This document shows, piece by piece, positions 38,118-47,272 of a stretch of DNA of 64,000 nucleotides. The stretch lies in the sequence record OP889247.1. The stretch is one strand, 5' to 3'. A program made the position numbers and the translations under genes. The stretch's first letter is position 1, and every line of letters starts with the position of its first letter. A model generated the notes under the pieces. The model ran no database searches. It was not told where the DNA came from and worked only from the letters and a program-made list of their open reading frames with translations.

Positions 38118-40055
38118 ATGAAAAATGGTATTAAAGAGCTTCTTGAATTGGAAGCTAAAATTCGTTATCACGACTATTTGTATTTTGTTGCTGATAAACC
38201 ATCTATTTCAGATACTGAATATGACCAGCTGGTTTACAAACGTGAAGAACTACTTAAAGAGAATCCTGGCTATCGGCCAGGGTTACCACCTGGTTTCATT
38301 GAAGACAACAGTGGTTTGAAAACAGTTGTCATTGATGAACCTATGATATCAGTAGTTAAGAAGAAAACACGTGATGATATTGAACTGTGGCGTAAACGCA
38401 ATGTAAAGGGTACTGTAAGCTACGAAGAGAAACTGGATGGATTGTCTATCCGGTTAGTCTATCATTACGGTAAGCTCGTACAGGGTCATTTACGAGGTAC
38501 TGGGTTAGAAGGGACCGATGTTACCCACAGACTTCATATGTTGCGAGATATCCCTACCGAAATCCCCGAGTATAAAGACATTCCTTATTTCAAAGTAACA
38601 GGTGAAGGATACTGTACTTATAAGGATCTTCTTGATTACTGTGAACAATGGGATCTTGATCCTAAGGAAACGGAAAGTAGAACTACTTGTTCTGGTATCA
38701 TGAAGCGTCTTTATCCTAGTGAGAGAGATACACTTTATCTGTACTTTAAAGCTTATAATGTAAGTAAAGTACTAAGGGATAAAGTTAGCACTTATCCAGA
38801 ACTTCGTGAGTTGATGGTTAACATGGGATTTGATATCCCAATGCCGTTTAATGGAAGTCTGCTCAATGAACTGTTCTCATTAAGGGAGAAGCCTAATTTT
38901 GGTTACGCCATTGATGGGATCGTCGTTAAGGATGATGACCTAAGTGTTTGGAAAGATGACAAGATGCAAGGTTATTGGAATTACGCGGCTTGTTATAAGT
39001 TCCCTACTGCTTCAATGACGACTACTCTGATTGGTGTGGAGTGGGGATTGACTACCAAAGGCTATTTAACTGGAACATTAGTTTACGAACCTGTTAACTA
39101 CGATGGTACTACATTACGACGTGCTAAATTCGATTATCCGGATAAGTACATCAAAGATGGTTTACGAATAGGTAGCGTGATCCAGATTACTAAGTCTAAT
39201 GAAATCATTCCTAACATTATTGGGATGAAAGAAGCTGGAACTGGTAAGAAGGTAGAGTTCCCTAAATTCTGTCCATGTTGTAATCAACCTGTAGTAGTGG
39301 AATCACCTAGCATGGTTCGTTGTGTTAACGATAGCTGTGTAGGACTACTAATCTCTCATCTAGAACGTTTGGGTGAGAAGAAGGGTCTGAATATACTTGG
39401 GTTGGGAAGTGCTCGTATAACAGCTCTGGTGGATGCTGGTCACTTGTCAGAACCTAGTGACATCTTCAAGATAACTTTTGAAGATTATATTAAGCTAGAT
39501 TTGGTTGATGAGAACACTGCAAGATCAATTGTTGATCAAGTAGAGAACGCAAGTAAACTCTCTTTACAAAACTGGATCTTTGCAGCTTGTATTCCCAACA
39601 TCGGATATGTACGAGCCGGAGAACTTGCTGATCAACAGGGAATATTGTTTACTGAATTAAATACTTTCTTAGCAGCTATGAAAGATCAGAAAGTAATGGA
39701 AGAACTTTTTGGTTTAGACGGCGTAGTAGCTTGCGAGTATGTCAATAGTAATGAAAACGAGTTGGTTAATTTCTTTATTCATTATGATTTTGATAAGGAG
39801 ATTAAAGTACAAGATAAGTTAATTCCAATTGGGATTACTGGTTCTTGGAATATCACTCGTGATCAGTTAACAGAACAACTAGCAGAAGTTGGTTATGAAC
39901 TTGCTGATAAAGTAAGTAAAAGTATCACTAAACTGTTAGTTGGTAAAACACCTAGTCCAGGTAAGATTGCTAAAGCAGAGAAATGGAATATCCCTGTAAT
40001 AGAAATCACCCCTATGACCACCTTTGATCAAATCGTAAAGAAATTGAGAGGTTAA
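38118..40055 (+). CDS. ligA: NAD-dependent DNA ligase
   Basis: YY..DKP.ISD.EYD Ia domain, EKLDG adenylation motif, IDGIVVK, YKFP, CPCC/C zinc finger, HhH, C-terminal BRCT (ITGS...SKSITKLLVG...K..KA). Confidence 0.92.
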   Translation: MKNGIKELLELEAKIRYHDYLYFVADKPSISDTEYDQLVYKREELLKENPGYRPGLPPGFIEDNSGLKTVVIDEPMISVVKKKTRDDIELWRKRNVKGTVSYEEKLDGLSIRLVYHYGKLVQGHLRGTGLEGTDVTHRLHMLRDIPTEIPEYKDIPYFKVTGEGYCTYKDLLDYCEQWDLDPKETESRTTCSGIMKRLYPSERDTLYLYFKAYNVSKVLRDKVSTYPELRELMVNMGFDIPMPFNGSLLNELFSLREKPNFGYAIDGIVVKDDDLSVWKDDKMQGYWNYAACYKFPTASMTTTLIGVEWGLTTKGYLTGTLVYEPVNYDGTTLRRAKFDYPDKYIKDGLRIGSVIQITKSNEIIPNIIGMKEAGTGKKVEFPKFCPCCNQPVVVESPSMVRCVNDSCVGLLISHLERLGEKKGLNILGLGSARITALVDAGHLSEPSDIFKITFEDYIKLDLVDENTARSIVDQVENASKLSLQNWIFAACIPNIGYVRAGELADQQGILFTELNTFLAAMKDQKVMEELFGLDGVVACEYVNSNENELVNFFIHYDFDKEIKVQDKLIPIGITGSWNITRDQLTEQLAEVGYELADKVSKSITKLLVGKTPSPGKIAKAEKWNIPVIEITPMTTFDQIVKKLRG

Positions 40056-40056
40056 A

Positions 40057-40563
40057 ATGCAATTAGTTATTTCTGCTTTTCCAGGTTGTGGTAAATCAAG
40101 TATTTTTAATAATGGTCAGGAATATGATTTAGTTCCCGTCCCGTTTAATAAAGATTTGCTTGAACTAGGTAAGATCGAGCGTAAGGAAGGTCAAACTTTA
40201 GTTTTTGATTCCGATAGCTCTAATTTTGATAAAACGCATTTCCCAGGTAACTACATTAGTTATATTAAGTCACTGTTGGAAATGTTTGACGATGTTGTCG
40301 TCTTTGTTTCGTCCCATATTGGTGTAAGGGAAGCTCTTGCTGAAGCCGGGGTGGAATATGTTCTTGTATATCCAGAACCTTATTTGAAACAACAATATCT
40401 TGATCGCTATGTAAAACGCGGTTCTCCAGAAGGGTTTATTAAACTACTGGATGAAAAGTGGCTGGAATGGCTAGAATCTTGCTACAAGGACGAAAACGCC
40501 ATTAGCCATTATAAATTGTCCAATGGTCAGTATTTAAGTGACCTGTTTGAGAACTTTAAATAA
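40057..40563 (+). CDS. P-loop NTPase, nucleotide-kinase-like
   Basis: ISAFPGCGKSS Walker A, DSDSS, FVSSH. Confidence 0.65.
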   Translation: MQLVISAFPGCGKSSIFNNGQEYDLVPVPFNKDLLELGKIERKEGQTLVFDSDSSNFDKTHFPGNYISYIKSLLEMFDDVVVFVSSHIGVREALAEAGVEYVLVYPEPYLKQQYLDRYVKRGSPEGFIKLLDEKWLEWLESCYKDENAISHYKLSNGQYLSDLFENFK

Positions 40564-40569
40564 GTTATA

Positions 40570-40596
40570 CCTTACACTCCTAGTTGGAGTGTAAGG
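40570..40596 (+). terminator. Hairpin terminator
   Basis: CCTTACACTCC-tagtt-GGAGTGTAAGG plus T-rich tail. Confidence 0.75.
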
Positions 40597-40663
40597 TTAT
40601 TTATTTGTTTACTGTAGCGACTTTATATGAAAGTAATCAATTTATTCTAGGAGATAAGAAATT

Positions 40664-40984
40664 ATGTCAAACTCTATGAAAATCCATCTGACTTTTAAAT
40701 CTGATATTACTGAACGTCAGGTTAAAGATTTGTCTACAGCTTTAGATGGATCCGATAACGTTCGTATTTACGATTATACCAAACGTACTATCGTAGTGAT
40801 CGTACTGGATCGTCAGAAAACTAATAATCAGATATTTGATCAACTGGCTAACGTTATGTGTTGTAAGGTTGTAACACAAACCGGTTGTGACGATCGTGGT
40901 GATAACATCTATGTTTTCGTATCTCCATCCAGAACTATTGTTGATACCTCAGCTACTGCTAACGCTGTTCAGAAACTCTTTTAA
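40664..40984 (+). CDS. Hypothetical protein
   Basis: 106 aa, SD GGAG. Confidence 0.7.
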   Translation: MSNSMKIHLTFKSDITERQVKDLSTALDGSDNVRIYDYTKRTIVVIVLDRQKTNNQIFDQLANVMCCKVVTQTGCDDRGDNIYVFVSPSRTIVDTSATANAVQKLF

Positions 40985-40996
40985 AAGGAATTTATC

Positions 40997-41611
40997 ATGT
41001 CAATGATCATTGATGTAGAAATTGGTGATAAAGAGCGTCGTGTTGATATCTTTAATGGAGAACAACGTTTAGTATTCGTATCTGATAATGTAACCACTAA
41101 AGTGTTTAACAATGAAGGCGAACATGTACTTTGGGTAGAGTGTCATATCAGTTTTGCAACTGACTATCCAGGGATCACTGAGATCGTTAAGAAGTACATA
41201 GCTGGTATCAACCTTGGGTTTGATACACGGTTACTAGTTAATCAACGTCACACCTACTTCCAGTTGTTAAGCGAATATATAGAAATTGTGGAAGGTAGGA
41301 AAACTCCTTCGGGTCTTAGTACTGGCGAAACAGAATGGGTTCGGTTACCTCTAGGTGGGATTAGTGGTAAACTTTCAACCTCTGATGAGCAAGGCAATGA
41401 AATTACTTACGAAGTTCATCGCAAGATCAAACATCGTGAATTTGTTACTCATATTGTAAAGAAGATTAATCAAAAGTCAGAAGACTTTACTGATCGTAAT
41501 CAGATTGAACATGTGAATACTTATCACATCCACACTCAGATCGCAAACCCTTTGAAGAGTATTGCAGATATTGAGAAGTTCCTATGCGATCACGTACGAG
41601 GATATAAATAA
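40997..41611 (+). CDS. Hypothetical protein
   Basis: 204 aa, SD AAGGA. Confidence 0.7.
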   Translation: MSMIIDVEIGDKERRVDIFNGEQRLVFVSDNVTTKVFNNEGEHVLWVECHISFATDYPGITEIVKKYIAGINLGFDTRLLVNQRHTYFQLLSEYIEIVEGRKTPSGLSTGETEWVRLPLGGISGKLSTSDEQGNEITYEVHRKIKHREFVTHIVKKINQKSEDFTDRNQIEHVNTYHIHTQIANPLKSIADIEKFLCDHVRGYK

Positions 41612-41997
41612 TGAAAAGAGATCCTAAATTAAATCCTTTTGATCCACGTAATCCAGAGTACTGGTTTCGTAAGCACTTGATTGGTACTACTAAGGTTGAC
41701 TATAGTGTCAGTGTTAACCCTACCCCAGGAAACTGGGGTTATAACCAGTATCTGTTTGAACCTAAAGCTATTTCGTTAATCAATCCAGCTTTGATCAAAG
41801 ATTGGAATGAACGTAGTTATGCTGTTTCTATGGATCCTAATCCAGCTGAAGAAGAACTTGTGTTTATGTTAGCGCAGGAATATCCTGCTGATCCAGATTT
41901 CATTAAAGAGATTCTGGAGAATCCTGACACTGATCCTTGGATTCTGAACAAGATCAAAGAAACCAAGAAAATGATGGAAAATAAAATTACCCATTAA
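41611..41997 (+). CDS. Hypothetical protein
   Basis: 128 aa, TAATG coupling to the upstream gene. Confidence 0.7.
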   Translation: MKRDPKLNPFDPRNPEYWFRKHLIGTTKVDYSVSVNPTPGNWGYNQYLFEPKAISLINPALIKDWNERSYAVSMDPNPAEEELVFMLAQEYPADPDFIKEILENPDTDPWILNKIKETKKMMENKITH

Positions 41998-42017
41998 AAT
42001 TAATTAGGAGTCTAGGA

Positions 42018-42704
42018 ATGTTTAATGCTAGATTAATTGATTTCTGTTTCCATATTTGCCCTGAAAAGACATTTGGTGAGATGTCAAAGTTTGCTGAAGA
42101 GTTGTTTAAGATCAGAGATGGTCTTGCTAACGGAACAGAATACAATCCAATCATTGGAATAGTAGACGGTCAACAGATCATCTTGACGCCCATTTCTACT
42201 GAAAACTCTATTACTTATAAACTAGAACTAGGTTCTCTTATTTGGGTTATACATGATAACATCAATGAAGAACCTAATCAGGATTTTAGTAGACAAATTT
42301 TACAGTACATGGCTTGGCATTTTAATGATAAGACTTTGTACGATATTTTTAACTTGGAACATCGAGTAGTTAAACCGAAGATTTCTGATCTTTATGCTCT
42401 TTGGATTAAACTAATTGACGGGTTTAACTTGAACCCATTGGGATTTAGCGAAAGGACGATATCCCTAGGGCAAGAAAAATGCATTAGGATAATTAAACCG
42501 CGGACCACTAAGTATCCTGATCTTGTCATTGGTAGAGTGGATATCATAGATAACGGCGTCCTTGATAGTTTTGTGTTCACTACAGACGGAATACCCTTTA
42601 AGGAAGCTATGAAACTTAGAACTACTCTGATTAAACAGAAAGGCAGTTTTATTCCACAACCTACTCTTAGTTCTAATCCAGATTTTACCCAGAAGGAATT
42701 TTAA
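42018..42704 (+). CDS. Hypothetical protein
   Basis: 228 aa, SD AGGAG. Confidence 0.7.
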   Translation: MFNARLIDFCFHICPEKTFGEMSKFAEELFKIRDGLANGTEYNPIIGIVDGQQIILTPISTENSITYKLELGSLIWVIHDNINEEPNQDFSRQILQYMAWHFNDKTLYDIFNLEHRVVKPKISDLYALWIKLIDGFNLNPLGFSERTISLGQEKCIRIIKPRTTKYPDLVIGRVDIIDNGVLDSFVFTTDGIPFKEAMKLRTTLIKQKGSFIPQPTLSSNPDFTQKEF

Positions 42705-42705
42705 A

Positions 42706-43380
42706 ATGGATATGTTTCAAGAAAAGCTCAAGTCTTATGAAGAAGTACTAGAAGCTGTCACTTATCGTAGACAGATGGTCAGAGACCCCTCAATTGGTCA
42801 GGAACAGATAGTCGATCAATTGATCGTGTATAAACACGGGTTCTTTATCAATTGTAATAAAACTGTTGTGGAGATTTGTCCTACAGTTAGTTCATATTCG
42901 GGTGGTTTTTCGCACTTAGGAAATAGCGTAAAGATAGGTGTTAAGCTACTTATCAATGGTGATGAAGTTTTATCCATTAAAGAAGTACAACATGTAGACG
43001 ACTGGATTGATTATAAGAATATTAAAATGATTGACTTCGTTGCAAACATGGTTGTTCTTGGGTATTTAAAACCAGGTTACGAACTTGATAAAGTTATCGG
43101 ATTACTGTATCCTTGTTTTCAATCATTAGGTATTGTTTATCATTCCAGTGTTGAAAATTGGGTGGATATTCCATTTGATGATGGTGATATTCAAAAATCT
43201 ATAGATGGTAAGACTTATTGGTGTATGAGAAAGTACAGTAATGGTTATTATATAACCAAGTATATGACATCAAGCTACCATAAACACTTGGAATGTCCTG
43301 GTAGTAAAGTGGTAATTAGTGAGAAAACTAAAGAAGCACTCCCTGTGACTTTACAGGAGGCTTTAGACGCCTTGTCATAA
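42706..43380 (+). CDS. Hypothetical protein
   Basis: 224 aa, abuts both neighbours. Confidence 0.7.
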   Translation: MDMFQEKLKSYEEVLEAVTYRRQMVRDPSIGQEQIVDQLIVYKHGFFINCNKTVVEICPTVSSYSGGFSHLGNSVKIGVKLLINGDEVLSIKEVQHVDDWIDYKNIKMIDFVANMVVLGYLKPGYELDKVIGLLYPCFQSLGIVYHSSVENWVDIPFDDGDIQKSIDGKTYWCMRKYSNGYYITKYMTSSYHKHLECPGSKVVISEKTKEALPVTLQEALDALS

Positions 43381-43390
43381 GGAGTTTGTA

Positions 43391-43945
43391 ATGGAAGATT
43401 GTAAAGAGACTAAAAGTTGGGTTTGTTACACTGACGGTTCAAAATTAGGTGAAAACACCACTGACGGCGGAAATGGCGGATGGGGATTTCACGCCATTTT
43501 CGGAGAATTGATAGTAGAGAAGTCTTGTGGGTATTTTAAGACTACTAATAATAGGATGGAGATATTAGCTATTATCTCTTTCCTAGAGGAGTTTCAAGAA
43601 CCCACTAAGGTTACTATACGAAGTGATTCTCAGTACACTATCGATGCTGTTACTAAATGGATCTATGGTTGGATTAAGAATGACTGGGTAACTTCTCAAG
43701 GACAACCTGTAAAGAACAAAGATCTATTTGAACGATTGTTTAAATTAGTAAAGTTCCATACAGTGAAGTTTGAGAAGGTAAAGGCCCACTCTAATATTCC
43801 CGGTAATGAAAGAGCCGACACTTTAGCTAAGGAAGCTGCTGGTAATCCAACATTAATCGATGAGGGTTATATCCCTCCTGACCCTAATGAAGTTAAACTG
43901 ATTGTTGTAAAGAAACCTTGGTGGATGAAACATAAAAAGAAATAA
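43391..43945 (+). CDS. rnhA: Ribonuclease HI
   Basis: YTDGS, TNNRMEILA, SDSQY, VKAHS..PGNERAD.LA, the canonical RNase HI motifs. Confidence 0.95.
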   Translation: MEDCKETKSWVCYTDGSKLGENTTDGGNGGWGFHAIFGELIVEKSCGYFKTTNNRMEILAIISFLEEFQEPTKVTIRSDSQYTIDAVTKWIYGWIKNDWVTSQGQPVKNKDLFERLFKLVKFHTVKFEKVKAHSNIPGNERADTLAKEAAGNPTLIDEGYIPPDPNEVKLIVVKKPWWMKHKKK

Positions 43946-43994
43946 AATAACTCTACTTACTCCTAAGGGAGTAAGTAGAGTTTAAATTAATTAA
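43943..43994 (-). repeat. Conserved cassette-end element, copy A (inverted)
   Basis: Reverse complement reads TTAATTAATTTAAACTCTACTTACTCC-ctta-GGAGTAAGTAGAGTTATTTTA. Confidence 0.95.
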
Positions 43995-44001
43995 TTTTTA
44001 T

Positions 44002-46170
44002 TTATCTCGAAAAGTTATTATGTTCCACAAATTCAGTATAATTAGTTTTAGAATATGGTTTATTGCAATTTATGGTTAAATTATTATAAACCTCAGCTGT
44101 AGTAGAGTAGTCATAACTTATTCCGATATCAAAGTTAGATACCCTACAACCAGAAACTCTATAGTTATTTGAAGATAACCCAGCACCAGCTGCTTTATCA
44201 CCGTCTTTTTCTACTAAAGTATCTATAAAAATAGAATCATTAGAGACTAACGCCCCATAAGTCCCACCTATGGTTTTTAATCTTACCGATTTTATTTTAA
44301 CAACCCCAGAAGAAGTAGAACTTGAGGTAAGAATTGGAATCCCTGAACTTGTGATGTAACCGCCACTCATATCGAAAATTAAAGCATCGTGTGTGGATTT
44401 GAATAATCCTACAGCTGTACACGTTATTTCTGATCCGCCATCAATAACAATAATCCCGGTAGCTGCCAAAGAAACAATACCGTTACCAGTATTAATAATT
44501 TTAAAATTATTAATACTTAGAGTTTCTATATTACCAGAAACAACCACCAACCCAGCACCAGTTCCAGTGAGACTGTAAACAGAACTATTGCTTATACTCC
44601 CCCACCTAGAATTTTCTACCTCTATACCTCCGTAGTTGATTACATCAGGGATATTGCCCTTTATTCTTATCTCTGTGTTACTTACTTTGAAAAAGTCGGA
44701 CCCGCTATAGAACTTTATTGGTGCCGCGTTTCCTATTGTTTCTATTGAACTGTTCACAATCTTAGTGTTAGCAGCCGAAGACGTCACACCGATCCCGGTG
44801 GCATTCTTAATTGTCACATCGTTTATAACTGTATTAATACCGTATGTTTCTAGTGACGCTAAACAATTAGTGCCGTCAATTAATGAGTTAGAAACAGAAC
44901 AATTGGGAGCCTGAACCTTAATACCACGTTTTTTAACACCACTAACTTTTACATTGTTAATGTTAAACTTACTTCTATTATCTATATTAGTGTATCCACC
45001 ATGAAATAGCTGAATACCATCACTATCTTCGGCCGGATCTATACCGCCAGAACTGACATTTTTAACTGTACCAGAAATACTTACGTTCGGAGTAGAAGCG
45101 GCGTCGTTAAAAGCCACTAAAATCCCTCTTGCTGTCCCACCACTATCTCCAATCGTCCCATTAGATTTTGCCATTATATCGGAAACATGCGCATTGATGC
45201 TAGCAGTTATGTTTTGGTTTATAACAGAACTAGAAGATTTATATAAAGCCACACCGATACACTGTTCTGTATCGGTATTATTTTTAATATCTGTTACAAC
45301 ACAATCTATCATGACCTTATCACTAGAAACCACCAAACCTACATCAGTAAATAAACCGTATTGTAAGTTATCGCATTCTCTACCATCTAAATTAGTTATT
45401 ATTTTGGCAGGTCTGTCACAGTAAATTGCTGCGTTTAGTTCGGTCTGCATATTTAATCCAGTTGGTTTAAATATACTTTTAGCAGCAAGAAGAGATCCCT
45501 TTAAGTTAAGCTGTTTATTATGGATATAAACAGATCCAGGTAACCCATTTATCTCTTTATTTGTACAATACGCGAATGCTGCGTTTATTGCCAGGGATGA
45601 TTCTTTACCACTTTTTGCACCGAAGTATTCTATAAACATTTTTTGGTTTGGGTATAAAACTGCGGTATTCCCATTCGAAGCATCTAGTATACCATACCCA
45701 TCGGGAACACCTCCCTTTACAACCTCAAATAAAGCACCAGCGCGATCTGATAAAAACAAAAAAGATCCAATGTTAAATAGACCGGATTTTATTTCCTCTA
45801 CCGAACTGACACCGATATAAGAAGAATTTTTCTCCACTACTTTCCAGCCTTTTTTACCACCTGGGGTAGGAGAACTATTAGCTTGAACTACATAAGGTAA
45901 TTTACCATTCCAACTGTACCAGTATCCATCCGTTGGATAAAAGACACATTTATCCCGATCACCAATACCTAAAGTTCCGCCACTAACAAAATCAAACCCA
46001 GCTGGTTTAAACCCAACATCTTTCAAAGCTTGCTGTACAGTTTTATGTTGCTTACCGAAACGATCCTGCCACAAAGCAGCCGGGGAATTCATCGCATAAT
46101 CAAACGAAATAGCGTTGTCTTGTAAGTCTTCATTCGCTGAAGATCCAATAGGGTTTTGTGTGAAAAACAT
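44002..46170 (-). CDS. Tailspike/depolymerase TSP1 (beta-helix type)
   Basis: NPIGS..DL.DN..DRFG anchor, Tail_spike_N-like module (GFKPAGFDF..GG...WYSWNGKLP), G.KSG..SS.AINAA start of a beta-helix, Asn/Ser/Gly-rich strands. Confidence 0.85.
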   Translation of the reverse strand: MFFTQNPIGSSANEDLQDNAISFDYAMNSPAALWQDRFGKQHKTVQQALKDVGFKPAGFDFVSGGTLGIGDRDKCVFYPTDGYWYSWNGKLPYVVQANSSPTPGGKKGWKVVEKNSSYIGVSSVEEIKSGLFNIGSFLFLSDRAGALFEVVKGGVPDGYGILDASNGNTAVLYPNQKMFIEYFGAKSGKESSLAINAAFAYCTNKEINGLPGSVYIHNKQLNLKGSLLAAKSIFKPTGLNMQTELNAAIYCDRPAKIITNLDGRECDNLQYGLFTDVGLVVSSDKVMIDCVVTDIKNNTDTEQCIGVALYKSSSSVINQNITASINAHVSDIMAKSNGTIGDSGGTARGILVAFNDAASTPNVSISGTVKNVSSGGIDPAEDSDGIQLFHGGYTNIDNRSKFNINNVKVSGVKKRGIKVQAPNCSVSNSLIDGTNCLASLETYGINTVINDVTIKNATGIGVTSSAANTKIVNSSIETIGNAAPIKFYSGSDFFKVSNTEIRIKGNIPDVINYGGIEVENSRWGSISNSSVYSLTGTGAGLVVVSGNIETLSINNFKIINTGNGIVSLAATGIIVIDGGSEITCTAVGLFKSTHDALIFDMSGGYITSSGIPILTSSSTSSGVVKIKSVRLKTIGGTYGALVSNDSIFIDTLVEKDGDKAAGAGLSSNNYRVSGCRVSNFDIGISYDYSTTAEVYNNLTINCNKPYSKTNYTEFVEHNNFSR

Positions 46171-46231
46171 ATAAAACCTCTTTGATTAATAGGTAGTTAA
46201 AGAAGTCATTTAAGCCTCTTTAAAAATCAGT

Positions 46232-46242
46232 TCATAAGATCT
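46232..46242 (-). promoter_or_regulatory. Late-promoter-like header AGATCTTATGA upstream of TSP1
   Basis: Same 11-mer at 54286..54296 upstream of TSP2; contains TATG, the reported phiKZ late consensus. Confidence 0.45.
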
Positions 46243-46284
46243 GAGTTAATGATTATTGAATTCTTTACTCTGTCAAATAAAAAA

Positions 46285-46318
46285 TAACCTACCTAACCAA
46301 TTACGGTTAGGTAGGTTA
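46285..46318. terminator. Hairpin between divergent TSP1 and HTH genes
   Basis: TAACCTACCTAACC-aattac-GGTTAGGTAGGTTA. Confidence 0.65.
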
Positions 46319-46345
46319 ATAATCAGTGTAATTAAAAATTTACTG

Positions 46346-46377
46346 TGTTCTATATTTTTTCAGATAGATATTATTAA
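46346..46377 (+). promoter_or_regulatory. Conserved promoter-like motif, copy 2
   Basis: Identical 32-mer to 5866..5897. Confidence 0.7.
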
Positions 46378-46419
46378 GATGGTAAACCAAGTAAGTTATT
46401 TCAAAAACAGTCTAGGAGA

Positions 46420-46797
46420 ATGGGTATGCGTTTTAAACACGATAGCTTAATGAAAGTAAAGAAGGTTTTAATGACCCGTGTAAGTTACATTATTAACTTA
46501 CAAATCCGTAATGGTGAGAAAGCTGTTGATCTCGCTACCAAGTACAACATCAACCCTACTACTATTTCTGAATTGAAACTTCAGAAAGTTGATAAGATGA
46601 GTTTAGATCGTCTTATTACTTGTGTTGATAAAATGGGATTAGAATACTCTATCGGGATAGCTAACTCTAATGGTTATAAAACGATCGATGTTTCTTTACC
46701 CAAGTATGACAATGATCCAGTAATCCGTCAGATTGACATGAAACGTCATCAACACAAGCATAAATCTAACGATAACGTAACAACTCAAGCGGTATAA
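46420..46797 (+). CDS. XRE/HigA-like helix-turn-helix protein
   Basis: LATKYNINPTTISELKLQKVDKMSLDRLITCVDKMG fits the XRE HTH pattern. Confidence 0.6.
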   Translation: MGMRFKHDSLMKVKKVLMTRVSYIINLQIRNGEKAVDLATKYNINPTTISELKLQKVDKMSLDRLITCVDKMGLEYSIGIANSNGYKTIDVSLPKYDNDPVIRQIDMKRHQHKHKSNDNVTTQAV

Positions 46798-46801
46798 AGA
46801 G

Positions 46802-47143
46802 ATGATCAAAGAAATTCTATCCAATAGTGAATGTGTAGAGAAACAACTCATTAAAACATTCCCCGAGTTTAAACAGCAGTTCCCTGAAGAGTTGAAGCTA
46901 ACTTTGATCAATATGATCAAACACGATGAAACGGTTACTGTATTCCCTAACACTGTGGAAGTTCAAAACAGTACCTTTAAGCAACTTGTAATCAAAATCT
47001 GTAAAGAGTGGGTAATCTTTATTACTGAAGAGTTGACCGAATACACTTGTTTCTATCGACAAGCTAATTTGGATAAACTTAAATCTTTTATTGCACTACA
47101 CAGTGAACAAACACTAGTAGGAGAATTATACGCTAAGTGTTAG
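46802..47143 (+). CDS. Hypothetical protein
   Basis: 113 aa in operon. Confidence 0.65.
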   Translation: MIKEILSNSECVEKQLIKTFPEFKQQFPEELKLTLINMIKHDETVTVFPNTVEVQNSTFKQLVIKICKEWVIFITEELTEYTCFYRQANLDKLKSFIALHSEQTLVGELYAKC

Positions 47144-47156
47144 GAGATTTGTTAAA

Positions 47157-47258
47157 ATGAAATTAACAAAACGTTCCGGAACAGTTATTGTAATTACAGT
47201 AGTGTTCTGGGTAATAACTGGGATAGTTGGGTACCAACTTTACCATGCCGCAGTGTAA
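47157..47258 (+). CDS. 33-aa single-TM peptide (not in the ORF track)
   Basis: MKLTKRSGTVIVITVVFWVITGIVGYQLYHAAV; SD AGGAG. Confidence 0.6.
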   Translation: MKLTKRSGTVIVITVVFWVITGIVGYQLYHAAV

Positions 47259-47272
47259 AAGGAAACAATGAA

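Noticed and set aside
46256-46450. 64-aa ORF across the TSP1/HTH intergenic region
   Set aside because: TTG start without SD; spans the hairpin and the promoter motif
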